This document shows positions 20,601 to 29,929 of a stretch of 64,000 bases of DNA, in pieces; the stretch's first letter is position 1, and every line of letters begins with the position of its first letter. Below the pieces are notes generated by a model, which saw only the letters and a list, made by a program, of their open reading frames with translations, was not told the DNA's origin and made no database searches. Location of the stretch: assembly GCA_000965745.1 (NCBI GenBank), contig CP009479.1, positions 192,001-256,000 of the forward strand, in the 5' to 3' direction. The DNA is from an uncultured archaeon. GTDB lineage: Archaea > Thermoplasmatota > Thermoplasmata > Thermoplasmatales > Thermoplasmataceae. The position numbers and the translations under genes were made by a program.

Positions 20601-20819
20601 GGAGTGTCCTGCCTGCCACACCATTGATAAGCGGAACAGGCCGGAGCGTTCATCATTCAAATGCGTTTCCCGCGGATTCGAGGGAGAAGCGGATTTCGTC
20701 GCTTCCCTCAACATCAGGAACAGGGCTGCCGCTAGCCAGCCTATTGTAGCGGGTGCTATTTTTGATCAGTCTTTGATCCCCCAGCTGCAAGCCCCATCCG
20801 TCAGGGTGGGGTAGTTGAC
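20599..20819 (+). mobile_element. tnpB: IS200/IS605-family (IS1341-like) right-end remnant: TnpB C-terminal fragment plus omega-RNA scaffold
   Basis: Frame 20599-20814 reads RECPACHTIDKRNRPERSSFKCVSRGFEGEADFVASLNIRNRA...QAPSVRVG* (Zn finger + RuvC-III AD..AS.NI); subterminal hairpin GCCCCATCC-GTCA-GGGTGGGGT at 20791-20812 followed by AGTTGAC. Confidence 0.88.
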
Positions 20820-20820
20820 A

Positions 20821-21268
20821 TCAACGCCGATCTTCCTTTCCCTGATCTCCTTCTGATCGGGCTTCCTGATAGGACAACCTTCCTGTCTCTGAGGAGGAGT
20901 TCAGATACACCATATTGGCTGTATTCGCTGTACTTGGAATGGTTGCTGTTGACGGGAATGTACTCGTATTCGTGGGGTTGGAACGTGATCCTGATGAAAC
21001 CGTCCTGAAGCTTGACGAGTTCACTGTCAAGAGGATTGACATGATGCTTCGTATGATCGTATGTGGAGTCAAACCACTGTTTAATCTCCCTTCTTAGGTC
21101 TATGGGTAACGGCATCTTTCCGTTGGTTCTTCTCAGTTCTTCCGCCTTCAGAACGCCGTAATGAACGGCATCACGCATGTCATTCAGGTATGTCACTATA
21201 TGATCAGACGGCTCATAGTACCACCATATGGTGCGTTTCTCACCCGATGAAGACCATGCGTGGCTCAG
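20821..21268 (-). pseudogene. tnpB: IS607-associated tnpB, N-terminal part, internally deleted and frameshifted, cut at RuvC-I
   Basis: Directly downstream of IS607 tnpA; after a frameshift the end reads PDQKEIRERKIGVD(VN), a RuvC-I motif, then runs into the opposite element's end. Confidence 0.72.
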
Positions 21269-21845
21269 GATTTGACAGCCTCCGGTATTCTCCTGGTTTT
21301 GTGTGAGCGGAGACCATACAGGCGTGCAGAAAAGGACGTGATGATCGATATGAGATCACGTGATAGCTCTTCATGTGATGTCAGAATCTCATCGCCATCG
21401 GTTACAATCTCGACGCTGTGCGTTTAACAGATTTTCTCAACAAGATCGTATCCGAATCGTGCAAGACGATCCTTATGGATGATACATATCCTTGAAGCCC
21501 TGTCCGCTTCTATTTCATTCAGCAATCTGACGAACCCCTTGGGATCAAACCTCATGCCGCTTCTGATATCTGAAATAATATCAGGATCCGGCGATATTGA
21601 TTTCAGGCGTTGAACCTGCCTGGCAAGGTCTTCTTTCTGGTCCTGTAATGATACCCGTGCATAGATTATGACCATCTCTCCTTCGCTATGCCTAGCATCC
21701 TGTTGATCTCGCTTTCCGGGACTCTCCTGAAGTTGTTCTGCAGCCTCACGCACTTTATCTTCATCTCTCTGTCCCATTTTCTAAGGGTAGGGGGGTCGAT
21801 CTGCAATATATCACAGACATCTCTGAGGGTGTAGAGTTTCTCCGT
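21265..21845 (-). pseudogene. tnpA: IS607-family serine recombinase TnpA pseudogene
   Basis: MerR-like HTH (EKLYTLRDVCDILQIDPPTLRKWDRE) with ACG in place of the start codon; frameshift; IIYARVS..QKEDLARQ; DRLARFG; in-frame TAA at 21424-21426; then EELSRDLISIITSFSARLYGLRSHK. Confidence 0.92.
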
Positions 21846-21849
21846 AACT

Positions 21850-21869
21850 TATAACAATATATCACAATA
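21850..21869. repeat. Tandem 10-nt motifs at the IS607 left end (putative TnpA-binding repeats)
   Basis: TATAACAATA followed by TATCACAATA, immediately upstream of tnpA. Confidence 0.5.
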
Positions 21870-21912
21870 ATAATTAATGTCTTTTTCCAGCTGTTAGGCC
21901 CCACAACAACTG

Positions 21913-22548
21913 TCAGATCTTTTCCTTGAGACCGCCGTATATATTTTGTCCATGTCCTGACAGAAGAACATCCGCCCCGGACTCCCTGACCACCCTGGCA
22001 AATTCTGTGCGGGCTTTACCATATGGCTTGTGGGGCGGATCGTGTGGGAACCATTCGGGGGCAACCACCAGGTTTCCCGCCGAATCCCCTATGGCAATAT
22101 CCCCGACTATGAGCTCTTCCTCCGGTGTGAGGAATGCGTACTCATCAATACAGGGAACCCCAGATGTCCTTTCAGATGCCACCGTTATCCTGAATGGCTT
22201 CAGCCCGTAGATTTTATCCATGCCGTATCTCTCGAATTCCCTGATTTCTTTCTGCTCCAGTATAGCTTCCGGGTTGACGGAGATTGACTCATGCTGATCC
22301 GGGATGAGCAGCCTTGCGCCGGTTTTCTTCGAGATGTAACGGGCTCCCCGTGTGTGGTCCAGCGTGGTCAGCATTATTGCCTCCAGCTTACCAAGCCTGC
22401 TGATGGAATCAATCAGGCCGGGAACCAATGGCGGATCGATGGCGATGCACTTACTTTCATCGAGAATGAGGTGGCCGTACATGATCCAGTCGCCTTCTGG
22501 GTCTGGCGTCCCCCATCTCAGAATTCTCCTGGTTACTGGGATGAACAT
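21913..22548 (-). CDS. Metallo-beta-lactamase-fold protein with degenerate metal motif
   Basis: IAIDPP, LTTLDHTRG, LIVGD, LLSGHG; start at MFIPVT. Confidence 0.75.
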   Translation of the reverse strand: MFIPVTRRILRWGTPDPEGDWIMYGHLILDESKCIAIDPPLVPGLIDSISRLGKLEAIMLTTLDHTRGARYISKKTGARLLIPDQHESISVNPEAILEQKEIREFERYGMDKIYGLKPFRITVASERTSGVPCIDEYAFLTPEEELIVGDIAIGDSAGNLVVAPEWFPHDPPHKPYGKARTEFARVVRESGADVLLSGHGQNIYGGLKEKI

Positions 22549-23140
22549 GATACATACACCCGGGAGGTGGATATTATGTTTGACCCGCCATATGGCTGCA
22601 TTCAGGCAAGGAAGCGAAAGTGGCTGTGGACGAAGCCTTATACGCCGTGATTCCTGAGCCAACTGAAAACCAGAGTTGAGGTGCAGAATGTGTGCCGCTT
22701 CATTCTAATCATACATTAAGGGCTTGTCCTGCGGCGTGCGTGAATGGCCTCACTATTGTCCCGTTCTACCTGCATTGAACCGGTTCCTGCATTTGTGCTT
22801 GCAGAGTGCAATAGTCTCCAGTCTGCAAAGAATCCGGATATTGCATCACTTTTGAGAAAATGGTGTCCTGGCCCAACAGTTTCAGGGGAGGTATAATGGG
22901 GGAGTTCACTGCCTGTGTGCGGCCCTCCTCCTATCCGTACATCCTGCTTCATCAATGCCCCCTTACGCCTTCTTGATGATCTTGTCCGTGGATGAACTTC
23001 ACGAAATTTGAGGAAGTAGCCTCGATTTCGAGTGGGGAAAGAACTTGCCGTCGCAGGGTAAATCTCGAGAGCAGCAGTGTCCTGATGAAGCCCGTTCAGA
23101 GAAAAACTATTATAGATTCTGATATTAACCGACTTGCACA

Positions 23141-23203
23141 GGAGGAATGGCGTTTCCTCAAGAATGTGAACCGCCGGCGGCAGCTGGCTGATGACGCCTG
23201 AAT
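23141..23203 (+). promoter_or_regulatory. Fluoride (crcB-class) riboswitch
   Basis: GAGGA-ATGGCGTT-TCCTC (P1), AACCGC, stem GCCGGC/GCTGGC, TGATGACGCCT; pseudoknot GGCGT(23149-53) with ACGCC(23194-98); AT-rich BRE/TATA-like AAAAACTATTATA about 25-35 nt upstream. Confidence 0.88.
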
Positions 23204-23234
23204 TAAGCCGTAGGTGATTCGCATTAACTTCGTA

Positions 23235-24167
23235 ATGTTAGGGGAAACGTTGTCGCAGTACCTGTTCGTGGTATTCCTTTCTCCGCTCTTCACGGGAATA
23301 TTCTCAAAGTTCAAAAGCAGGATTGAGTCCAAAAAGGGGCCATCTATTTTTCAGCCGTATTACGATATTTTCAAGTTATTCAGGAAGGAAACGCTTATCC
23401 CTGAAGGTTCAGGAATACTTTTCAGATATGTCCCGTATGCTGCATTTGGCGTATATTCCCTAATATCCCTGATAGTTCCTGTCCTGATACCAGTTCCCGT
23501 ATTTTTTACAGCTTCTGCAGACTTCCTGGGTGGTGCAATACTCTTTTCCCTCGCTGCATTCCTGAAGATGTCCGCAGCCATGAATTCAGGCAGTAACTTC
23601 TCTGCCATGGGAACCTCCAGGATAATTTCCTTCAATTTCCTGGCCGAAGGGGCGCTCATAACAGTATTCTTTGGAGTGTCACTGATTACCGCAACAAACA
23701 ATCCCTATACGACACATTCATTCCTGTCGACAAACCTCCTGCAGAATTTCTCACTTGTTCACATCTTCTCAACACTTGCGTTCTTCATGCTTTTCCTGTA
23801 TGAAACAGGAAAAATACCCCTTCAGAGCGAAGGGCTGCCGGAGCTTGGAATGATCGATTCGGGCCTGAATTTTGAGTACAGCGGGAAACTGCTTGCCATA
23901 AACAGGTGGACGTCCCACATGAAGCAGTATCTTCTGGGGTCAATATTTCTTAATGTGTTCTTTGTCCCTTGGGGGCTCTTCAGCACATACCCGCTATTCC
24001 TTCTGGATTTTCCAGTCATGTTTCTCAAGTGGATGCTTCTGATCTTTATCGTCATCGTAATAGAGACCACCCTTGCCAAACTCAGGCTCTTCAAGGTGCT
24101 TGATTATCTTGCCACTGCTTTCACGTTTTCCGTCCTGTTCCTCATATTCAGCGAGGTGATAGTGTGA
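23235..24167 (+). CDS. Ehr/Hyf complex subunit, HyfC/NuoH-like
   Basis: KSRIESKKGPSIFQPYYDIFKLFRKE, ETGKIP, EYSG, IETTLAKLR; alternative GTG start at 23214. Confidence 0.9.
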   Translation: MLGETLSQYLFVVFLSPLFTGIFSKFKSRIESKKGPSIFQPYYDIFKLFRKETLIPEGSGILFRYVPYAAFGVYSLISLIVPVLIPVPVFFTASADFLGGAILFSLAAFLKMSAAMNSGSNFSAMGTSRIISFNFLAEGALITVFFGVSLITATNNPYTTHSFLSTNLLQNFSLVHIFSTLAFFMLFLYETGKIPLQSEGLPELGMIDSGLNFEYSGKLLAINRWTSHMKQYLLGSIFLNVFFVPWGLFSTYPLFLLDFPVMFLKWMLLIFIVIVIETTLAKLRLFKVLDYLATAFTFSVLFLIFSEVIV

Positions 24168-24811
24168 ACGCGCTGATTGAGGTGCTGATATACCCAATCT
24201 CAAGCTTTATCCTGATATCGGCATTTTACCTTCAGGCCCAGGAGTTTGTCCGCTCAATGGTGATTGGGCAGATGATACAGTCGGCCCTTCTCGGTTTTCT
24301 CTCATTTGTTATAGGATTCGCCGAGTCCGATTACGACTTCTTCATACTTGGAGTGCTGATAGTCGTGCTCAGGGCATTCCTCGTAACTTACATGCTTGAG
24401 AGAAGGGTCCCGAGGGAGAAGATCCATCTCCATGAGAAGAAAGTGGATGTTGCCTTCACATTCCTTGTCAACCTGATCCTCGTCGTCACTGCTGTTTTCC
24501 TCATATATTTCCTGATTTTCAGGTCAATCCACCTCGTCCCTGATATAGGAAGCAGCACCATCTTCATCTTTCCCTTGACACTCTTCTTCCAGGGGCTATT
24601 CCTCATCGCATCCAGGAAGACCACATTTGCCCAGATAATCGGGTATGTGGAGGAGGAGAATGCGCTTGTCCTATTCGCCATGTTTCTTCTCCCGATTCCG
24701 CTGATCATTGAGGCAAGCGTGTTCCTGGATGTCCTCGCGCTCGTAGTGGTGTCGTCAATAGTTGTCATAGAGAAATTCGCCCATGAAAAAATGGAGGATT
24801 TGGTAGGATGA
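24164..24811 (+). CDS. Ehr/Hyf complex subunit, HyfE-like membrane protein
   Basis: Multi-TM, QIIGYVEEENA, IEASVFLDV; overlaps both neighbouring genes. Confidence 0.85.
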   Translation: MNALIEVLIYPISSFILISAFYLQAQEFVRSMVIGQMIQSALLGFLSFVIGFAESDYDFFILGVLIVVLRAFLVTYMLERRVPREKIHLHEKKVDVAFTFLVNLILVVTAVFLIYFLIFRSIHLVPDIGSSTIFIFPLTLFFQGLFLIASRKTTFAQIIGYVEEENALVLFAMFLLPIPLIIEASVFLDVLALVVVSSIVVIEKFAHEKMEDLVG

Positions 24812-26151
24812 TCGCACAGACACTTCTTGCGTTGCTTATCCTTTTCATTCCGGTTGCGTCGTACGCTGCCTATTGCTTCGCGGGAAAGTCCTCTCTTATT
24901 GTGGGCGGGGGACTGAACGTGGCAGTCGCAGGCCTGATGTACTTCGGACCGGACCTGTCGGGAATTTTCTACATAGATTTCACAACCTGGGTCTTCGTTA
25001 TCATGGTTGCTTCTGTCCATTTCCTGTCTGTCACATACGCGACAAAGTATTTTCATGGCACGGATCTCGGAATAAGGGAGAATACCTTCTACCTCCTCAT
25101 GAGCCTGTTCACAACATCGATGTTCTTCAGCCTTGAAATCAACAATTTCGGGTTGATGTGGGTAGGAATAGAGGCAACAACCATCTCATCGTCGCTACTC
25201 CTTATTGCGGAAAAAACAGAAACCTCGCTTGAAGCCACCTGGAGATATCTGGTTCTGGTATCAGCAGGCGTTACGTTTGCATTCCTGTCAATCATACTGA
25301 TATTCTATTCCCTTGGCACTCTCGATGTCTCGTCGATAATTTCCCATGGCCCCGAAGCATCCCCCGTTCTTGCACTTGCTGTTACGATAGCACTGATGGG
25401 CTTTGGAACAAAGGTTGGCATATTCCCAGTTCACACATGGCTGCCGGACGCGCACAGCGAGTCGCCTGCCCCGGTCAGCGCCATGTTCTCCGGAGTCCTG
25501 CTTCCAACTGCCCTGTATGTGCTCTACAGGGTATATGAAATTGATCCACTGACTCCTCTGTACCTGTGGGCAGGAGTCGTGTCAATAGCTGCCGCTTCCA
25601 TCTTTCTCGGGTACCAGACCAGGTACAAGCGCATGTTTGCCTATTCAACCATGGAGAACATGAACCTGGCACTCATAGGGTTTGCAATAGGCGGTACAGC
25701 CGGAATAACAGGCGCGCTACTTCTCCTCATTTCGCACAGTTTTGCGAAAGCAGGGGCTTTTTACACGTCAGGGTCAATTTTCAAGGCCTCCGGCCTCAAG
25801 AAGATCTCCGAGATCAAGGGCCTCTGGAAGTCAATGCCCGCATCCTCGGCATCACTCCTCATGTCCTCCCTTGCAGTTACAGGGGCGCCACCCTTTGGGA
25901 CTTTCTTCGGTGAATTCCTGATATTCTACGGCCTCCTGTCAATGCATTATTACTTTCCGCTGGCAATAATTGCATTCTTTCTAGTAACAGCATTCATAGC
26001 TGTCAACCATAACGTCTCCGGGATGCTGTTCGATGGGGAATCGTCCTACAGTGAGCCTGGAAAGGTGATGCCTTTCCTTGGAATACTGTCTTCTGCCATA
26101 CCTGTTCTGATAGGGTTGGTTTTCGTGGTGGTGTATCTTGAAACATTATAA
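24808..26151 (+). CDS. Ehr/Hyf complex antiporter-like subunit, HyfF-like (NuoL/M/N family)
   Basis: WVGIEATT, EATWRY, GTKVGIFPVHTWLPDAHSESPAPVSAMFSG, KRMFAYST. Confidence 0.92.
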   Translation: MIAQTLLALLILFIPVASYAAYCFAGKSSLIVGGGLNVAVAGLMYFGPDLSGIFYIDFTTWVFVIMVASVHFLSVTYATKYFHGTDLGIRENTFYLLMSLFTTSMFFSLEINNFGLMWVGIEATTISSSLLLIAEKTETSLEATWRYLVLVSAGVTFAFLSIILIFYSLGTLDVSSIISHGPEASPVLALAVTIALMGFGTKVGIFPVHTWLPDAHSESPAPVSAMFSGVLLPTALYVLYRVYEIDPLTPLYLWAGVVSIAAASIFLGYQTRYKRMFAYSTMENMNLALIGFAIGGTAGITGALLLLISHSFAKAGAFYTSGSIFKASGLKKISEIKGLWKSMPASSASLLMSSLAVTGAPPFGTFFGEFLIFYGLLSMHYYFPLAIIAFFLVTAFIAVNHNVSGMLFDGESSYSEPGKVMPFLGILSSAIPVLIGLVFVVVYLETL

Positions 26152-27313
26152 GTTCGGGGAAGCGAGGGGAAGATATATTGGCCCTGCCGGCGACATTCAG
26201 GTCTACTCTGAAGGGCTGGTGAGAGGTGAAAGCGGGTTCAGGAAGGAGCGTCACGACCATGAACACGACGGGCAACTCTGGTTTGATTACGGGCCGTCCA
26301 CAGGAGGAATGCTTGAATCGGTAGGGATAAGCTTTCTTACTCCCGGAGAGCTCATTTCGGAAACCCTGGTTGACCCTTCGTTCAAGAAGAGGACGCTTGT
26401 GGTAAAAGGAAAGAGCGTGGAAGATGCGCTGCTTACTGTGGAAAGGATAAACGGGTTTCATGCAGCCTCACACTCAATAGCTTACTGTTCGGCTGTGGAG
26501 GATGCCCTGGGCATTAATACGGATGCGGGGACGCGCAGCAGCAGGATTGTCATGCTGGAGATGGAGAGGGTGAGGAGCCACCTTGAAGTCATCAAGAGGC
26601 TATGCGAGCCGGCTGGCTTTGGTGTCCCCCACAGCCAGATCGGTTACATCAGAGAGAGGATGTCGAGGCTGATATCATCGGTATCCGGGCACAGATACTT
26701 CTTTTCAGCCAACAGCATTGGATCAGCCGCAATTGACTCCAAGAACCTTCTGGGTGAGACAGAGGCTATTGGGGCAGAGTTTGCCAGGGTTTATGACGGG
26801 CTTCTCCAATCAAAGATCTTTCTAAACAGGCTGCAGAACAATGGAAGGAATGAGGATGGGCAGCATCTCATCGGCCCTGCTGCCAGGGCATGCAACAGGA
26901 GGATAGACGCCAGGCTGGATTCTCCTTCCATGGATTATTCAGGCGCAGAATTTGAGGTGCCAGTTGCAGAAGAGGGAGACTCATTCGCCAGGTTCGCTGT
27001 CAGGAGTGGTGAAATCATGCAGTCCCTGTCAATCATAAGGAATATTGCAGAAGGACCGGAGGAGGAAGGAAGAGAGCACGACACAGGAGGAAGTGGAGAG
27101 GGGGCAGCCAGAGTTGAGAGCCCGCAGGGAGACCTGTTCTATTACGTGAATGTGCGGGATGGGATTCTTGAGGATATCAGGATGCTGTCGCCTTCCATGG
27201 TCAACATCAGTTCCTTTGAAGCCTCAATGAAGGGCAATATATTCACGGATTTCCACTTCAACTGGGAAAGTTACGGCATTTGGATATCTGAGGCGGGGGT
27301 GGAATTTGCATGA
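26138..27313 (+). CDS. Ehr large subunit (HyfG/NuoD-like) without NiFe-binding motifs
   Basis: ERINGFHAASH instead of RxCGxCxxxH; EMERVRSHL; VESPQG; no C-terminal DPCxxC. Confidence 0.88.
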   Translation: MKHYKFGEARGRYIGPAGDIQVYSEGLVRGESGFRKERHDHEHDGQLWFDYGPSTGGMLESVGISFLTPGELISETLVDPSFKKRTLVVKGKSVEDALLTVERINGFHAASHSIAYCSAVEDALGINTDAGTRSSRIVMLEMERVRSHLEVIKRLCEPAGFGVPHSQIGYIRERMSRLISSVSGHRYFFSANSIGSAAIDSKNLLGETEAIGAEFARVYDGLLQSKIFLNRLQNNGRNEDGQHLIGPAARACNRRIDARLDSPSMDYSGAEFEVPVAEEGDSFARFAVRSGEIMQSLSIIRNIAEGPEEEGREHDTGGSGEGAARVESPQGDLFYYVNVRDGILEDIRMLSPSMVNISSFEASMKGNIFTDFHFNWESYGIWISEAGVEFA

Positions 27314-27942
27314 GCAGTTTCTGGTTTTTTGAAGGCTTAAGGAAGGGCAGGAAAACTGAGAAATTTCCCCGTGCACCTCCTGAATCACCGCCCCTAAGGC
27401 CATCAAGAATGAAAGGGGAAGGGTTCCATGAATGCCCTACCGATGCGATTGCGGAGGGCGAATGGGTGCAGGAAAAATGCATCTTCTGCAGAAGGTGTGA
27501 AGAACAGTTCAAGCCGACTGGGGAGCAAGACATATTCGACGTAAAGAGGACTGAAAAAATTCTCATGAGGTCAATACACCTCTACAGGCTGGACAGCGGA
27601 TCATGCGGAGCCTGCAACACGGAATTCTCAGCGATATTTGACCCACAGTATGACGCCCACAGGCTCAGGATATTTGAGACCAACACCCCGAGGCACGCAG
27701 ATGCGATCGTGATAATGGGAATTGCCACCGATGGTATGAAGGAGGCTCTTGACAGGGCATATGAGGCAATGCCTGAACCAAAACTCGTGATCGCGCTTGG
27801 TGCGTGTGCGGTCTCCGGAGGTGTGCTTGGCGACGCCCCGCTGGATCGTGACATGTACGACGTTGAGATAGCAGGGTGCCCGCCTTCACCATACACAATC
27901 CTTGAAGCTATAGACCGGGCAAGGGGCGATTCACATGATTGA
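27310..27942 (+). CDS. Ehr small subunit (HyfI/NuoB-like) with N-terminal ferredoxin-like segment
   Basis: ECPTDAI...CIFCRRC; SGSCGACN, PRHAD, PEPKLVIALGAC, GCPP. Confidence 0.9.
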   Translation: MSSFWFFEGLRKGRKTEKFPRAPPESPPLRPSRMKGEGFHECPTDAIAEGEWVQEKCIFCRRCEEQFKPTGEQDIFDVKRTEKILMRSIHLYRLDSGSCGACNTEFSAIFDPQYDAHRLRIFETNTPRHADAIVIMGIATDGMKEALDRAYEAMPEPKLVIALGACAVSGGVLGDAPLDRDMYDVEIAGCPPSPYTILEAIDRARGDSHD

Positions 27943-29692
27943 TATGGTCCTTGTCCTGCTGTTCGGGCTATCCAGCATTCTGGGTGCAATGCACAGGAGG
28001 CTCGGGTATTATTCCATCATGGCGGTTTCTGCCGCCTTTCTGGTAAACACGGCCCTCGATCTTACCTACACCGGATATTTCTCCATGATTGCATCCACTG
28101 TGTGGATCCTTGTCTCCTTCTTCTCAATTTCCTACGGTGAACGGTACGGAAAATGGCTTTCATCAATGCTTGCCCTGACAATAATGGGCATGTCCCTGAT
28201 TCTTGTCTCTGACAACTACCTTTACCTGATTGTGGGGTGGGAAGTCATGTCAGTTCCTTCATACGTCATAATTGGGCTCAACAAGAGCGATTCAAGGCCC
28301 CCCTTCATATTCATGATGTTCAGCGAGATAAGCACCATTTTCATAATAACAGGGGCAGCCTACGCCTTCGTTGTGACCGGTACACTTGCTTTCCAGTCCG
28401 TAAGCTCATACGTCCCGATGCTCCTGCTTTCGGTCGGAGCACTCGTAAAGATGGGGATGTCACCTTTCATGATCAGCGAATGGCTCCCCATAGCACATGG
28501 AAACGCACCCTCAAATGCTTCGGCAGTTCTAAGTTCTACCATGACACTGATGGGCGTATACCTTATTGTCAGGATGATGCTTATTTCGCCCCACCAGGCA
28601 TATGTCGGGCTGTTCTTTCTGATAGTGGGTGCGATTTCGATCCTGTTTGCAGCCATGTACGCATATGTATCAGAAAACATGAAGATGCTTGCGGGTTTCA
28701 GCACAGTGGACAATAATGCAGCAATTCTCGCAGGCGCAGGGCTGTATCTGGTGGTATCTTCACCAACCTTGCAGGTGTTCATACTCGACACCATCCTCAT
28801 AATGTCCCTCGCCCATTCAGTCGCAAAGTCGGGCCTCTTCATGTCAATCGGGAACACCGATGGGGAATTCTTCTCCCAGATAAGGGCAAAATCGAATTCA
28901 TTGAACAACATTGGAACATTCCTGTCCACCATGTCGCTCTCAGGCCTGCTCCCGACAATAGGGGGACTCGGAGTATGGATGCTGCTTGAGGCATTCTTCA
29001 TGGAAGCATACACAGGCGGATTCACTGGAATAATATCAATTGTGGTGGGATCAGTCATCGCTCTCGGGGAAGGGCTTGCCACCGGGGCAATGCTGAAAGT
29101 GCTTGCTTTCGGAAGCCTTTTTCACAGGCCCCGGGAGATGAGGCATGACACGGGTGCATACGCAGTCCTTGCAACAGGTGCTGTCCTTGTCGCCCTTTTC
29201 GCCGTTTCAACACTCATGGTCAATTCAGCATACATAGGGGGCCTTCCCTCTGTCGCGGTTTTCAACGGCTTCACCATATTGTCGAAATTCACGGGTGTCG
29301 ACTTTGGCCTGATATCCCCCGGATACATCATAGTTCTGGTTGGCATTTTCACAGTCGCTGCATATTATTTGTTTGGCAAGCCCAGGTCACGACCCGCTCC
29401 TGTGTGGAACGGCGGGAGGAAGCTGAATGAGGTGTATACGTCCTATGCCTATTCCAACAACATCAAGCTGATGCTGAGTAAGATTCTCAGGACAAGAGTA
29501 ACAAGATCGGGACAGCACGTAAGCATCGTGGATGTATTCTGGGCAGCAATGACCGGAACAGGGATCGCCTACAGGAAAATGTGCAGGTTCGTGACGCTGA
29601 AAATCATGAACAGTTCCATAGGCTGGTACATGGTATACATGATGGCAGCTTTCCTGGGAACTCTCCTCATCTTCGCCTTTGCATACAGTTGA
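27935..29692 (+). CDS. Ehr/Hyf complex antiporter-like subunit, HyfB-like
   Basis: GWEVMS, KMGMSPF..EWLPIAHGNAPSNASAVLS, AHSVAKSGLF. Confidence 0.9.
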   Translation: MIDMVLVLLFGLSSILGAMHRRLGYYSIMAVSAAFLVNTALDLTYTGYFSMIASTVWILVSFFSISYGERYGKWLSSMLALTIMGMSLILVSDNYLYLIVGWEVMSVPSYVIIGLNKSDSRPPFIFMMFSEISTIFIITGAAYAFVVTGTLAFQSVSSYVPMLLLSVGALVKMGMSPFMISEWLPIAHGNAPSNASAVLSSTMTLMGVYLIVRMMLISPHQAYVGLFFLIVGAISILFAAMYAYVSENMKMLAGFSTVDNNAAILAGAGLYLVVSSPTLQVFILDTILIMSLAHSVAKSGLFMSIGNTDGEFFSQIRAKSNSLNNIGTFLSTMSLSGLLPTIGGLGVWMLLEAFFMEAYTGGFTGIISIVVGSVIALGEGLATGAMLKVLAFGSLFHRPREMRHDTGAYAVLATGAVLVALFAVSTLMVNSAYIGGLPSVAVFNGFTILSKFTGVDFGLISPGYIIVLVGIFTVAAYYLFGKPRSRPAPVWNGGRKLNEVYTSYAYSNNIKLMLSKILRTRVTRSGQHVSIVDVFWAAMTGTGIAYRKMCRFVTLKIMNSSIGWYMVYMMAAFLGTLLIFAFAYS

Positions 29693-29929
29693 GGCGGGCT
29701 GCATATCCAATTGCCTGCTGCATCGTGTTAATCTAGCACTTGCTGCTGGAATAGGTGCCTTTACGTATGTGGCAGGAGGAGGGTGATTAAAACCATCTAC
29801 ACTCCTTGATTTCCCCCGTCAGTTCTGATGGGCTGCAATTTGCTTATGCCATAAATCCACTTGATAGAGTAACTCCATGAAAAGCTGAAGTTGTCAAATT
29901 TCTTATAGTTCCACTAAGTAACCTTACAT

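Noticed and set aside
20801-21196. 131-aa ORF as an intact novel protein
   Set aside because: It is the frameshifted, internally deleted N-terminus of the IS607 tnpB reading into the other element's end.
22992-23201. 69-aa ORF upstream of the ehr operon as a leader peptide
   Set aside because: It runs through the TATA-like element and the riboswitch aptamer and has no recognisable protein features; most likely incidental.
23235-29692. Annotation as formate hydrogenlyase / NiFe hydrogenase-4
   Set aside because: The large subunit lacks both NiFe-ligating CxxC motifs, and there are no hyp maturation or formate dehydrogenase genes in the window.
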